64,000 bases of DNA from Sporomusaceae bacterium (GTDB lineage Bacteria; Bacillota; Negativicutes; UBA1444). Below, one piece after another: positions 28,439 through 36,642 of this stretch. Every line of letters begins with the position of its first letter. Positions within the stretch are counted from its first letter, which is position 1. Below the pieces are notes generated by a model. The model was not told the origin of the DNA and did no database searches. It saw only the letters and a list, made by a program, of their open reading frames with translations. Both the position numbers and the translations under genes were made by a program. Location: assembly GCA_018434355.1 (NCBI GenBank), contig JAHDPL010000010.1, forward strand, positions 73,164-137,163, in the 5' to 3' direction.

Positions 28439-29315
28439 CACTGCCGAATATTTTATCACCGAATCGTTGAATTCGATCCGCCGCAACGGTCTGATGAGTC
28501 TGGCGTCCTTGATGACGGTAGCCTTGTCGCTGTTGATTCTCGGTGTATTCATCATTTTGGTGATGAACCTGAACCACATGGCTTCGGTGCTGGAATCACA
28601 GGTCCAGGTCACGGTGTATCTGCAGGACACGCTCAAAGAAGTGGAAGTGCGGGAAATCGGCACCCGGATCACCAAATTGCCGGGCGTCACGCGGGTGAAC
28701 TTCATTGCCAAGGAAGAGGCGATGAACCGGTTCAAACAGCGACTTGGCGAGCAACAGGGACTACTGGCGGAACTCGGTGAAGCCAATCCTTTGCCAAATT
28801 CGTTTGAAGTCAAACTGGACCGACCGGAACGGGTCAAACCGGTGGCTTTGGCGATTGCCCAGCTGAAAGGGGTCGAAGCGGCCCGTTACGGGCAGGAAGT
28901 CGTAGAGCAACTATTCAGCCTCACCCGGATGGTGAGGATTTTTGGCGTGGTGTTGATTCTATTCCTTGGTCTGGCGGCCTTGTTCATCATTGTGAATACC
29001 ATTCGGCTGACCGTGTTTGCCCGCCGCCGTGAAATCGGCATCATGAAATACGTCGGTGCGACAGACTGGTTTATCCGCTGGCCGTTCATCATCGAAGGGG
29101 TGCTGTTGGGTTTTTTGGGCGCCTGCATTGCGGTGTTGCCGTTGACCCAGTTCTATAGCATGCTGACTGGGCAGGTCTATGAATCGCTGGCATTTTTGCC
29201 GTTATTGCCCAAGTATCCGTTCATGGGTTATGTGAACATCTTTCTGCTGTGCGCCGGCATTGGCATCGGCGCGTTGGGCAGCGTGATTTCAGTGAAGAAG
29301 TTTCTCAAAGTGTGA
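28422..29315 (+). CDS. ftsX: Cell division permease-like protein FtsX.
   Basis: Overlaps the ftsE stop. Four TM helices with a large extracellular loop. About 297 aa. Confidence 0.85.
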   Translation: MAMKISTAEYFITESLNSIRRNGLMSLASLMTVALSLLILGVFIILVMNLNHMASVLESQVQVTVYLQDTLKEVEVREIGTRITKLPGVTRVNFIAKEEAMNRFKQRLGEQQGLLAELGEANPLPNSFEVKLDRPERVKPVALAIAQLKGVEAARYGQEVVEQLFSLTRMVRIFGVVLILFLGLAALFIIVNTIRLTVFARRREIGIMKYVGATDWFIRWPFIIEGVLLGFLGACIAVLPLTQFYSMLTGQVYESLAFLPLLPKYPFMGYVNIFLLCAGIGIGALGSVISVKKFLKV

Positions 29316-29330
29316 CGACGGGGGTGCGGA

Positions 29331-30473
29331 ATGCAGGCAAACCGTAAAGGATATCGCTTTCTGGCCGCCGCGATGGTGCTGGTGTTCGCTGTATTGGCGG
29401 CAGCGCCGGCGCTGGCGGATGAACTGGAAGAAAAACAGCAACAGCTGACCAATGTACAGCAGCAGATCGAAGCGCAGCAGCGCAAGGCTGAATTGGCCCG
29501 ACGCAAGGAACAGACGATTGCCGAGCAACTGCGGGCGATCCAGCGCGAACTGGACACGGCTGAGGATGAGTATGAAGCCGTAAATGACCAGTTGGAGAAC
29601 ACCGAACAACACATCAAGGCCAATGTCGAGCTTTCCAACCGGTTGACGAAAAAGTTGGAGGTTCAGACCAAGACCTTGCACCGGCGGATTCGCGATATTT
29701 ATAAAAACGGTCAGGTCAACTATCTCGATGTATTGCTCGGCGCAAAAGACTTCAATGATTTTGTCGGACGAATGGATATTTTGAAAAAAATCCTTGCCTA
29801 TGACAATGCCTTGATCCAGGGAACCAAAGCTGACCGGGAAACCTTGCGCAAAGCCAAGGAACAGTTGGAGGCGGACAGGGCGAAAATCGTCGAACTTCGC
29901 AAATTGGCGGCGGCCAAGCGCGAGCAGGTGGCTGAGCGACGTCAGGAACGGCGCGGCGTTCTGAATGCTGCGACCTATGAGCGGGAAACGGCGGAGCGGG
30001 CTTACCGCGAACTGATCGAGACCTCGCGTCAGATTGAACAGATGATTAAACGGATTCAGTCCGGCGAAAAGAATATCGGTGGCAGCACCGGTACGATGAC
30101 TTGGCCGGCGGAGGGGGAAATCACCTCTCCATTCGGTTGGCGGGTTCATCCGATTTTTGGCACGCAGCGGTTGCATACCGGGATTGACATCGGCGCCGAT
30201 TATGGCGATGCGATCCGGGCGGCTGACGGCGGCGTGGTGATTCATGCCGACTGGATGGGCGGCTATGGCAACGCGGTGATCATCGATCACGGCAACGGCA
30301 TATCCACTTTATATGCGCACAATTCCCAGTTGTTGGTCAGTGAAGGGCAGACCGTATCAAAAGGCCAGACGGTGGCCCGTTGCGGTTCCACGGGGTATTC
30401 GACAGGGCCCCATCTGCACTTTGAAGTGCGGCAGAACGGTTCGCCGGTCAACCCGCTGAACTATCTGCCCTGA
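29331..30473 (+). CDS. M23 family peptidoglycan hydrolase with an N-terminal coiled-coil (EnvC/PcsB-like partner of FtsEX).
   Basis: Signal peptide, long coiled-coil, and a C-terminal M23 domain (HTGIDIGADYG...HLHFEVR). Confidence 0.8.
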   Translation: MQANRKGYRFLAAAMVLVFAVLAAAPALADELEEKQQQLTNVQQQIEAQQRKAELARRKEQTIAEQLRAIQRELDTAEDEYEAVNDQLENTEQHIKANVELSNRLTKKLEVQTKTLHRRIRDIYKNGQVNYLDVLLGAKDFNDFVGRMDILKKILAYDNALIQGTKADRETLRKAKEQLEADRAKIVELRKLAAAKREQVAERRQERRGVLNAATYERETAERAYRELIETSRQIEQMIKRIQSGEKNIGGSTGTMTWPAEGEITSPFGWRVHPIFGTQRLHTGIDIGADYGDAIRAADGGVVIHADWMGGYGNAVIIDHGNGISTLYAHNSQLLVSEGQTVSKGQTVARCGSTGYSTGPHLHFEVRQNGSPVNPLNYLP

Positions 30474-30492
30474 AATAAATGAGGTGTGAAGT

Positions 30493-31704
30493 TTGAATAG
30501 TCGACGCAATCTGATCCTCGGCGCGGTGGCGCTGGTGGTGCTGACCTTTTTGATTACCGCCGGCGGCGCCTTGTATGTGTTCAGCCAGGTGGTGCCCGAT
30601 ACAGGCGGCGCGGTGAAACTGATGCGGGCGGTTGATGTGGTGCGTTCGCGCTACATTGAACCGGTACCGCTCGATACGTTGATGAACGGGGCGATTCAGG
30701 GTATGGTAAAATCCCTGAACGATCCCTACTCGATCTATATGGATGCCAAGATGTACCGTGAATTCCGCATGGAAACCGAAGGAACGTTCAGCGGGGTCGG
30801 TATCGTGATCAGCGTCAAGGATAAACAACTGACCGTGGTTTCACCGATTGAGGGCACGCCGGGTGACAAGGCGGGGATCCGTAGCGGCGACCAGATCGTG
30901 AAGATCGACGGCAAAGATACCAAGGATATGGCGCTTGACGAAGCGGTCAGCAAGATCCGCGGCAAGGAAGGCACTGATGTTACGCTGACGCTTAAACGAG
31001 CCGAAACGGTGAAGGATTATAAACTGACTCGGGCCAATATCGAAATCAAGACGGTGTCCAGCAAAATGTTGCCGGACAAGATCGGCCTGATCCGGCTATC
31101 GATGTTCAATGAAAAGACCGCCGCAGAGTTCTACAAGCAGTACGAAGCGTTGGAAGCGCAGGGAATGAAGGCGACGATCCTTGATCTGCGCGACAATCCG
31201 GGCGGTTTGCTCGACTCAAGCGTCAAGGTTTCCAATAAAATTGTTCCCAAAGGAACGGTGGTTTCGGTGGTTACGCGCGACGGACAAACTGAAGTGCATC
31301 GTTCGAACCTGGATAAGGTGAAATATCCGCTGGCTGTCCTGATCAACGGCGGCAGCGCCAGCGCTTCAGAAATCGTAGCCGGAGCAGTCCAGGACACCGG
31401 CGCCGGGACTTTGATCGGCGTGAAAACGTTTGGCAAAGGGTCTGTCCAGTCGATTTTAAAGTTGACTAACGATACGGCGATCAAACTGACGATCGCCAAA
31501 TACGCTACGCCGAAAAACCGATTCATCAATGGAGTCGGTATCGAACCGGACCTGAAAGTGGAGAACCCTGAACCGAAAGGCGATGCGGCCAATCGACCGG
31601 GAAGATTGCCGATCAACAGCAACAATGGACAGCCGGCAGGGTCGGACCAACCGGCCGACCTGCAAATGGAAGCGGCGGTTAACCTGCTTAAGGGAAAAAT
31701 GTGA
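30493..31704 (+). CDS. S41 family C-terminal processing peptidase (CtpA-like) with a PDZ domain.
   Basis: FSGVGIV...GTPGDKAGIRSGDQIVKIDG PDZ domain. Catalytic region GGSASASEIVAGA...K. Confidence 0.8.
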   Translation: MNSRRNLILGAVALVVLTFLITAGGALYVFSQVVPDTGGAVKLMRAVDVVRSRYIEPVPLDTLMNGAIQGMVKSLNDPYSIYMDAKMYREFRMETEGTFSGVGIVISVKDKQLTVVSPIEGTPGDKAGIRSGDQIVKIDGKDTKDMALDEAVSKIRGKEGTDVTLTLKRAETVKDYKLTRANIEIKTVSSKMLPDKIGLIRLSMFNEKTAAEFYKQYEALEAQGMKATILDLRDNPGGLLDSSVKVSNKIVPKGTVVSVVTRDGQTEVHRSNLDKVKYPLAVLINGGSASASEIVAGAVQDTGAGTLIGVKTFGKGSVQSILKLTNDTAIKLTIAKYATPKNRFINGVGIEPDLKVENPEPKGDAANRPGRLPINSNNGQPAGSDQPADLQMEAAVNLLKGKM

Positions 31705-32963
31705 TGACGACTCCTTGGCTCGATATTTTTCAGCTATTAGTGCTGACGATGTTGACGGTGCTGGTGGAACCGCTGTTTTGGATCGTGATGGCGATCGTGG
31801 CGTTCCAGTACCGGCAGATGCAGCGCAACCAACTGGCGATGTTCGGTGTGGCGGGACCGCCGCTGAGCCGCCAGATTTTCTGGGCGTTTTTGTATGGAAC
31901 GTTCGGCGGAGTGATGGGCAGCGTGGTGCTGACTTTGGTCGGCGTCAATATCGAACGGATGGGTTTTCAGTACATCTGGCCGTTGGCGATCACGTTGGCG
32001 CTGATCAATATGCGGTTTCTCTGTTTTGCCTATGCCGGCGGACTGGTGGCGATCAGCAATGCGCTGTTCGGCTGGCCGAACGTCGATGTACCTCAGGTGC
32101 TGGCGCTGGTGGCGGCGCTGCATGTGACGGAAAGTGTGCTGATTGCGATCAGTCGGCGCTATGGCGCGACACCGGTGATTATTAAACATGGGGAACGGCT
32201 GGTCGGCGGATTCAATCTGCAGAACTTCTGGCCGCTCCCCCTTGTTGTTTTGGGCACGGTGGCGATGCAGAGCGGCGCTCTGCCGGAAGGCGTCTTTCAT
32301 ACGCCGGACTGGTGGCCGCTGTTGCCGCTGGGGATCGATCCGCCGGTTGGCTCGGAATGGGTATATGTGATGATGCCGGTGGTGGCGGCGCTCGGTTATT
32401 CGGATGTGGCGATTTCCAGCACACCGGAACAGAGACGGCGGCAGTCGGCGATTTCGTTGGCGCTATATAGCCTTAGTCTGTTGGCGATGGCGTTATTGGC
32501 CGCGAAGTTTGCCTGGCTCAAGTTGCCGGCGGCGTTGTTGTCGCCGCTGGGTCATGAATATCTGGTGCGGCGCGACAGTCGCAGTGAGTTGTCCGGTGCG
32601 CCGCGCTACGTGCCACCGCTGCAGGGCGTGATGGTGCTCGACACGGTCGATGGCGGCATCGCTCGTGAAATGGGCTTGCGTAGCGGCGATATCCTGCTGG
32701 AAGTCGCAGGGATGCCGACGAATCGCGGTGGCGCGCTGGCTTACGCGATTGATTGGGCGCCGCCGCTGTTTGATATGTTGGTGCTGCGAGACGGAACGGA
32801 ACTCCGGTTGCCGGGCCGGTTTCCGCCGGGACCGCGTCTGCTGGGGATTATTCTCGTGCCGGAAGGCCATGAGACGTATTATGTGACGATGCAGACCGGA
32901 TCGGAGGGCCCGCTGGCCCGATTGTTCCAAAGAATCCGGCGCTATTTGGGGAGAGAACGCTGA
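31701..32963 (+). CDS. Polytopic membrane protein with a C-terminal PDZ domain.
   Basis: Multiple TM helices. C-terminal [22 protein letters not shown]-like block. Its stop overlaps the uvrB start. Confidence 0.55.
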   Translation: MMTTPWLDIFQLLVLTMLTVLVEPLFWIVMAIVAFQYRQMQRNQLAMFGVAGPPLSRQIFWAFLYGTFGGVMGSVVLTLVGVNIERMGFQYIWPLAITLALINMRFLCFAYAGGLVAISNALFGWPNVDVPQVLALVAALHVTESVLIAISRRYGATPVIIKHGERLVGGFNLQNFWPLPLVVLGTVAMQSGALPEGVFHTPDWWPLLPLGIDPPVGSEWVYVMMPVVAALGYSDVAISSTPEQRRRQSAISLALYSLSLLAMALLAAKFAWLKLPAALLSPLGHEYLVRRDSRSELSGAPRYVPPLQGVMVLDTVDGGIAREMGLRSGDILLEVAGMPTNRGGALAYAIDWAPPLFDMLVLRDGTELRLPGRFPPGPRLLGIILVPEGHETYYVTMQTGSEGPLARLFQRIRRYLGRER

Positions 32964-34942
32964 TGCCCGATTTCAAGGTAGAAGCGCCATTTGAGCCGCT
33001 GGGCGACCAACCGGAAGCCATCGCCAAACTGACGGAAGGAATCCGTCGCGGCGATAGGGCCCAGGTGCTGCTCGGCGCGACCGGCACCGGCAAGACGTTT
33101 ACGATGGCCAAAGTGATCGAGGCCGTGCAAAAACCGACGCTGGTGATTGCCCACAATAAAACGCTGGCTGCGCAGCTGGCCAGCGAATTCAAGGAGTTCT
33201 TCCCGCAAAATGCGGTGGAGTACTTCGTCAGTTATTATGATTATTACCAACCGGAAGCCTATGTTGCGGCTTCGGACACCTATATCGAAAAGGACTCGTC
33301 GATCAACGACGAGATCGACAAGCTGCGTCACTCGGCGACCAGTTCGTTGTTTGAACGGCGCGACGTGATCATCGTGGCCAGCGTATCCTGCATCTATGGC
33401 CTCGGTTCGCCGGATGAATACCGGGGAATGGTGCTGTCGCTGCGGCAGGGGCAGATTCGTGAACGGGACGACATCCTGCGAAAATTGGTCGAAATTCAAT
33501 ATGATCGCAACGATGTGGCTTTCACCCGCGGCAAGTTCCGGGTGCGCGGCGACGTGATCGAGGTCTATCCGGCCGGCGCCAATGAAAAGGTGATACGGAT
33601 TTCGCTGTTTGGCGATGAAGTGGAAAAGATTCAGGAAATCGACAGCGTAACTGGTGAAATCCTGTCTGAACGCAAACACATCGCGATTTATCCGGCGTCC
33701 CACTTTGTAACCTCACGAGAAAACTTGCTGCGGGCGGCGCGGGATATCGAGGCGGAACTCGACGAACGACTGGCTTGGTTCAAACAGAATGAGCGTTTGC
33801 TGGAAGCGCAGCGCATCGAACAACGGACCCGTTATGACCTGGAAATGATGCAGGAGATGGGCTACTGTTCGGGTATCGAAAACTACTCGCGCCATCTGAC
33901 GGGGCGGGCGGCCGGCGAATCGCCGTTTACTCTGGTGGATTATTTTCCGGAAGATTTTTTGATCGTGATTGACGAATCGCACGTGACGATGCCGCAGATT
34001 CATGCGATGTACAATGGCGACCGTTCCCGCAAACAATCGTTGGTGGATTTCGGTTTCCGGCTGCCGTCGGCGCTGGATAACCGACCGCTGCAATTTGAGG
34101 AGTTTGAACAACGGATCAAGCAGATCGTTTATGTGTCGGCGACTCCCGCCGCGTACGAACTGGCTGAGGCGACGCAAGTGGCGCAGCAGATCATCCGACC
34201 GACCGGACTGGTCGATCCGGTGGTGGAAATCCGGCCGGTTGCCGGTCAGATCGATGATCTGATGAGCGAAATACATGGGCGCGTCGAAGCAAATGAGCGG
34301 GTGTTGGTGACGACACTGACCAAGAAAATGGCTGAAAACCTGACCAACTATTTTCGCGAGTCCGGCATCCGCGTAAAATATCTGCATTCGGAAGTGGAGA
34401 CGATCGAACGGGCCGAAATCATTCGCGGACTGCGCGCCGGCGACTTTGATGTGTTGGTCGGCATCAACCTGCTGCGGGAAGGCCTCGATTTGCCGGAAGT
34501 CTCGCTGATCGGCATCCTTGACGCCGACAAGGAAGGCTTCCTGCGTTCGGATACCTCGTTGATCCAGACTATCGGGCGTGCCGCGCGCAATGTTCATGGC
34601 AAAGTCATCATGTATGCCGACCGCATCACAAACTCGATGCAACGGGCCATCGACGAGACCGATCGGCGACGGGCGGTGCAGGAGGCTTACAACCTTGCGC
34701 ACGGCATCACGCCGACCAGTATCCAGAAAAAAGTGCGTGATTTGATCCAGACGACCAAGGTGGCGGAGAGCCCCGTGCCTTACGAGGCCAAGCAACTGAA
34801 GAAGCTCAGCAAAAAGGAAACCTTGGCTTTGGTGGCCAAACTGGAGAAGGACATGCGAACCGCCGCCAAGAACCTCGAATTTGAACGAGCGGCCGAACTG
34901 CGCGATATGATCTTCGAATTGAGAGAGCATAGCCGTAAATGA
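32963..34942 (+). CDS. uvrB: Excinuclease ABC subunit B.
   Basis: 659 aa. GATGTGKT Walker A. C-terminal UvrB/UvrC-interaction helix. Confidence 0.95.
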   Translation: MPDFKVEAPFEPLGDQPEAIAKLTEGIRRGDRAQVLLGATGTGKTFTMAKVIEAVQKPTLVIAHNKTLAAQLASEFKEFFPQNAVEYFVSYYDYYQPEAYVAASDTYIEKDSSINDEIDKLRHSATSSLFERRDVIIVASVSCIYGLGSPDEYRGMVLSLRQGQIRERDDILRKLVEIQYDRNDVAFTRGKFRVRGDVIEVYPAGANEKVIRISLFGDEVEKIQEIDSVTGEILSERKHIAIYPASHFVTSRENLLRAARDIEAELDERLAWFKQNERLLEAQRIEQRTRYDLEMMQEMGYCSGIENYSRHLTGRAAGESPFTLVDYFPEDFLIVIDESHVTMPQIHAMYNGDRSRKQSLVDFGFRLPSALDNRPLQFEEFEQRIKQIVYVSATPAAYELAEATQVAQQIIRPTGLVDPVVEIRPVAGQIDDLMSEIHGRVEANERVLVTTLTKKMAENLTNYFRESGIRVKYLHSEVETIERAEIIRGLRAGDFDVLVGINLLREGLDLPEVSLIGILDADKEGFLRSDTSLIQTIGRAARNVHGKVIMYADRITNSMQRAIDETDRRRAVQEAYNLAHGITPTSIQKKVRDLIQTTKVAESPVPYEAKQLKKLSKKETLALVAKLEKDMRTAAKNLEFERAAELRDMIFELREHSRK

Positions 34943-34968
34943 TTAATTGGGGACTGTCCCCAATTAAT
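34942..34968. repeat. Palindrome ATTAATTGGGGAC-T-GTCCCCAATTAAT, copy 2 of the two-copy element.
   Basis: 13-bp perfect arms. Core 34945-34965 is 20 of 21 identical to 4026-4046. Lies between the uvrB stop and the RBS/ATG of the next gene. Confidence 0.8.
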
Positions 34969-34983
34969 CGAGGAGTGAGTTTG

Positions 34984-35853
34984 ATGAAAGCTCTAGTTGC
35001 CGGATTGCTTTGTGCGATATCCTTGGTGCTGGTAACGCCGGCAGAGGCCTGTTATGGTGTGCGGGCGATGGCGATGGGCGGCGCCTTCATTGCTGTGGCT
35101 GATGATGTCAATACGGTATATTGGAATCCGGCCGGGCTATCTGACACCAAAGAGATGCAGATCGGTTGGCAGCGCGCGGTGAACAACCGTGATACGATGA
35201 ATTACATTGATGTTTATGAAATTGTCGCGCCATTGAAAAAAGGCTGGTCAGGCATAGGATTTACCTATGTAAATGACCGGGACGCATCGAGTTTTGGCGA
35301 TGAAGGAGAAGCGCGCGATTATAAGAGCAACTGGACGGTGCTGTCCTATGGAACAAAGCTGAACAAAAATTTTGCGGTAGGAGTCAATGTGCGCTGGGCC
35401 CAGGATGCAGCCTGGGGAGGTATCGTGGGATTACCGGACCCGACTGCGCCTGTATTTTCTGGGCACCTGGGGATTGATCTGAGTTTTTTGGGCAAGAGCG
35501 GCAAATTTTCCTATGGGATGCTCATCCAGGATGCCAATACGCCGCCGACCATGGGAGGCGGTAATATGATCCGCAATGTGCGCCCGGGTATCGCCTATCG
35601 TCCTGATGACAGGACCGTGCTGGCGATGGATGCTTACAATGCGGTTCCAGATGCCGGCGATCACACCGAGTGGTCATTTGGCGCCGAACGTCGTATCGGC
35701 AGTCATCTGCGTGTGCGGGTCGGCAATTATCATAAGACCTGGACATATGGACTCGGCGTGAAAGTTAGCAAAAACCTGGAGTTCAATGTTGCGCATCTCG
35801 CCGGACCCGATCTGGGGTATACGACGTTGATCGGACTGCAAGGGAGTTTTTAG
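34984..35853 (+). CDS. Secreted beta-barrel outer-membrane protein (FadL/PorV-like N-terminal motif, C-terminal Phe).
   Basis: Signal peptide MKALVAGLLCAISLVLVTPAEA. Motif MGGAFIAVADDVNTVYWNPAGL. C-terminus ...GLQGSF. RBS GGAGTG upstream of the ATG at 34984. Confidence 0.55.
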   Translation: MKALVAGLLCAISLVLVTPAEACYGVRAMAMGGAFIAVADDVNTVYWNPAGLSDTKEMQIGWQRAVNNRDTMNYIDVYEIVAPLKKGWSGIGFTYVNDRDASSFGDEGEARDYKSNWTVLSYGTKLNKNFAVGVNVRWAQDAAWGGIVGLPDPTAPVFSGHLGIDLSFLGKSGKFSYGMLIQDANTPPTMGGGNMIRNVRPGIAYRPDDRTVLAMDAYNAVPDAGDHTEWSFGAERRIGSHLRVRVGNYHKTWTYGLGVKVSKNLEFNVAHLAGPDLGYTTLIGLQGSF

Positions 35854-35958
35854 CTGGAATTAGGGTTGGCGTTGTGATAAAATAATATCAGAAAATAACA
35901 AATTCTCCGCCTGTTTAGCTCACCAGGGTTCGGCTCTTTGTATAATGGCTGACTGGAG

Positions 35959-36429
35959 GTGTTGGTGGTGAGAATTCGGTTCATAGTGTTGACTGTAGTC
36001 CTTACTGTTGGTGTTGGATGCTTTACGGCCGTGAGTCAGGCAGGCGGAGAGGCGTCGGAATGGGATCAAGTGCTGGCTGCAAAAGCAGTTGTTGTTGGTA
36101 GCAATTTCAATATTGCCGTTTCATCAAGCGGTTGGCGAACCCCATGTTCTTTTGATAGCCAGTTCAGGCCCCTGGCTGGCGGATGCCCTGCGGGTTTTCC
36201 TCTTGATTGCGGCAATGGCCGATGTTGCCCATCAGGCACGGTTTGCTGCCGGGATGGCGGTTGCTGTCCAGTGGATGCACCGCTGTGTTGCGGCAATGGA
36301 AAATGTTGCGGCGCCGGCAAGCCGCATGCTTGTCCCAGCAGGAAGAAATGTTATGTTACATTGAACGATGCAATTAATGACGGCTGTTCGATGCAAGAAG
36401 TGTTTGTCTGCGGTCAACCGATACGGTAA
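35959..36429 (+). CDS. Secreted cysteine-rich protein with a granulin-like ladder of Cys-Cys pairs.
   Basis: Signal peptide. Mature region C-x7-C-x4-CC-x5-CC-x4-CC-x6-CC-x4-CC-x7-C-x5-C. Confidence 0.55.
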   Translation: MLVVRIRFIVLTVVLTVGVGCFTAVSQAGGEASEWDQVLAAKAVVVGSNFNIAVSSSGWRTPCSFDSQFRPLAGGCPAGFPLDCGNGRCCPSGTVCCRDGGCCPVDAPLCCGNGKCCGAGKPHACPSRKKCYVTLNDAINDGCSMQEVFVCGQPIR

Positions 36430-36455
36430 TCGCGAATGGCAACAAAGTACTGATT

Positions 36456-36493
36456 ATCCTGTTCATCCTTTTTGGTATGGACAGGATTTTTTG
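36456..36493 (+). terminator. Rho-independent terminator after the Cys-rich gene.
   Basis: ATCCTGT...ACAGGAT followed by TTTTTTGTTT. Confidence 0.6.
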
Positions 36494-36528
36494 TTTACAG
36501 CAACCATCAAATCCGTTATACTTAAAAA

Positions 36529-36542
36529 CAAACATACGTTCG
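36529..36542 (+). promoter_or_regulatory. Candidate LexA (Cheo/SOS) box upstream of uvrA.
   Basis: CAAACATACGTTCG compared with the consensus CGAACRNRYGTTCG (one mismatch). About 100 nt upstream of the uvrA ATG, inside an AT-rich spacer. Confidence 0.4.
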
Positions 36543-36642
36543 GAATAAAGCGGCGGAATTTACGACTCAACCTTTGCGATAAAAAATATTATTTAGTAAA
36601 ATATAAAGGAAACTAATCGAAGGAAAGGACCTAACACTGGAA

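Noticed and set aside
33713-34930. 405-aa minus-strand ORF inside uvrB, and similar antisense ORFs inside groEL (59716..60996) and the class III aminotransferase (3003..4007).
   Set aside because: Shadow ORFs of well-supported plus-strand genes.
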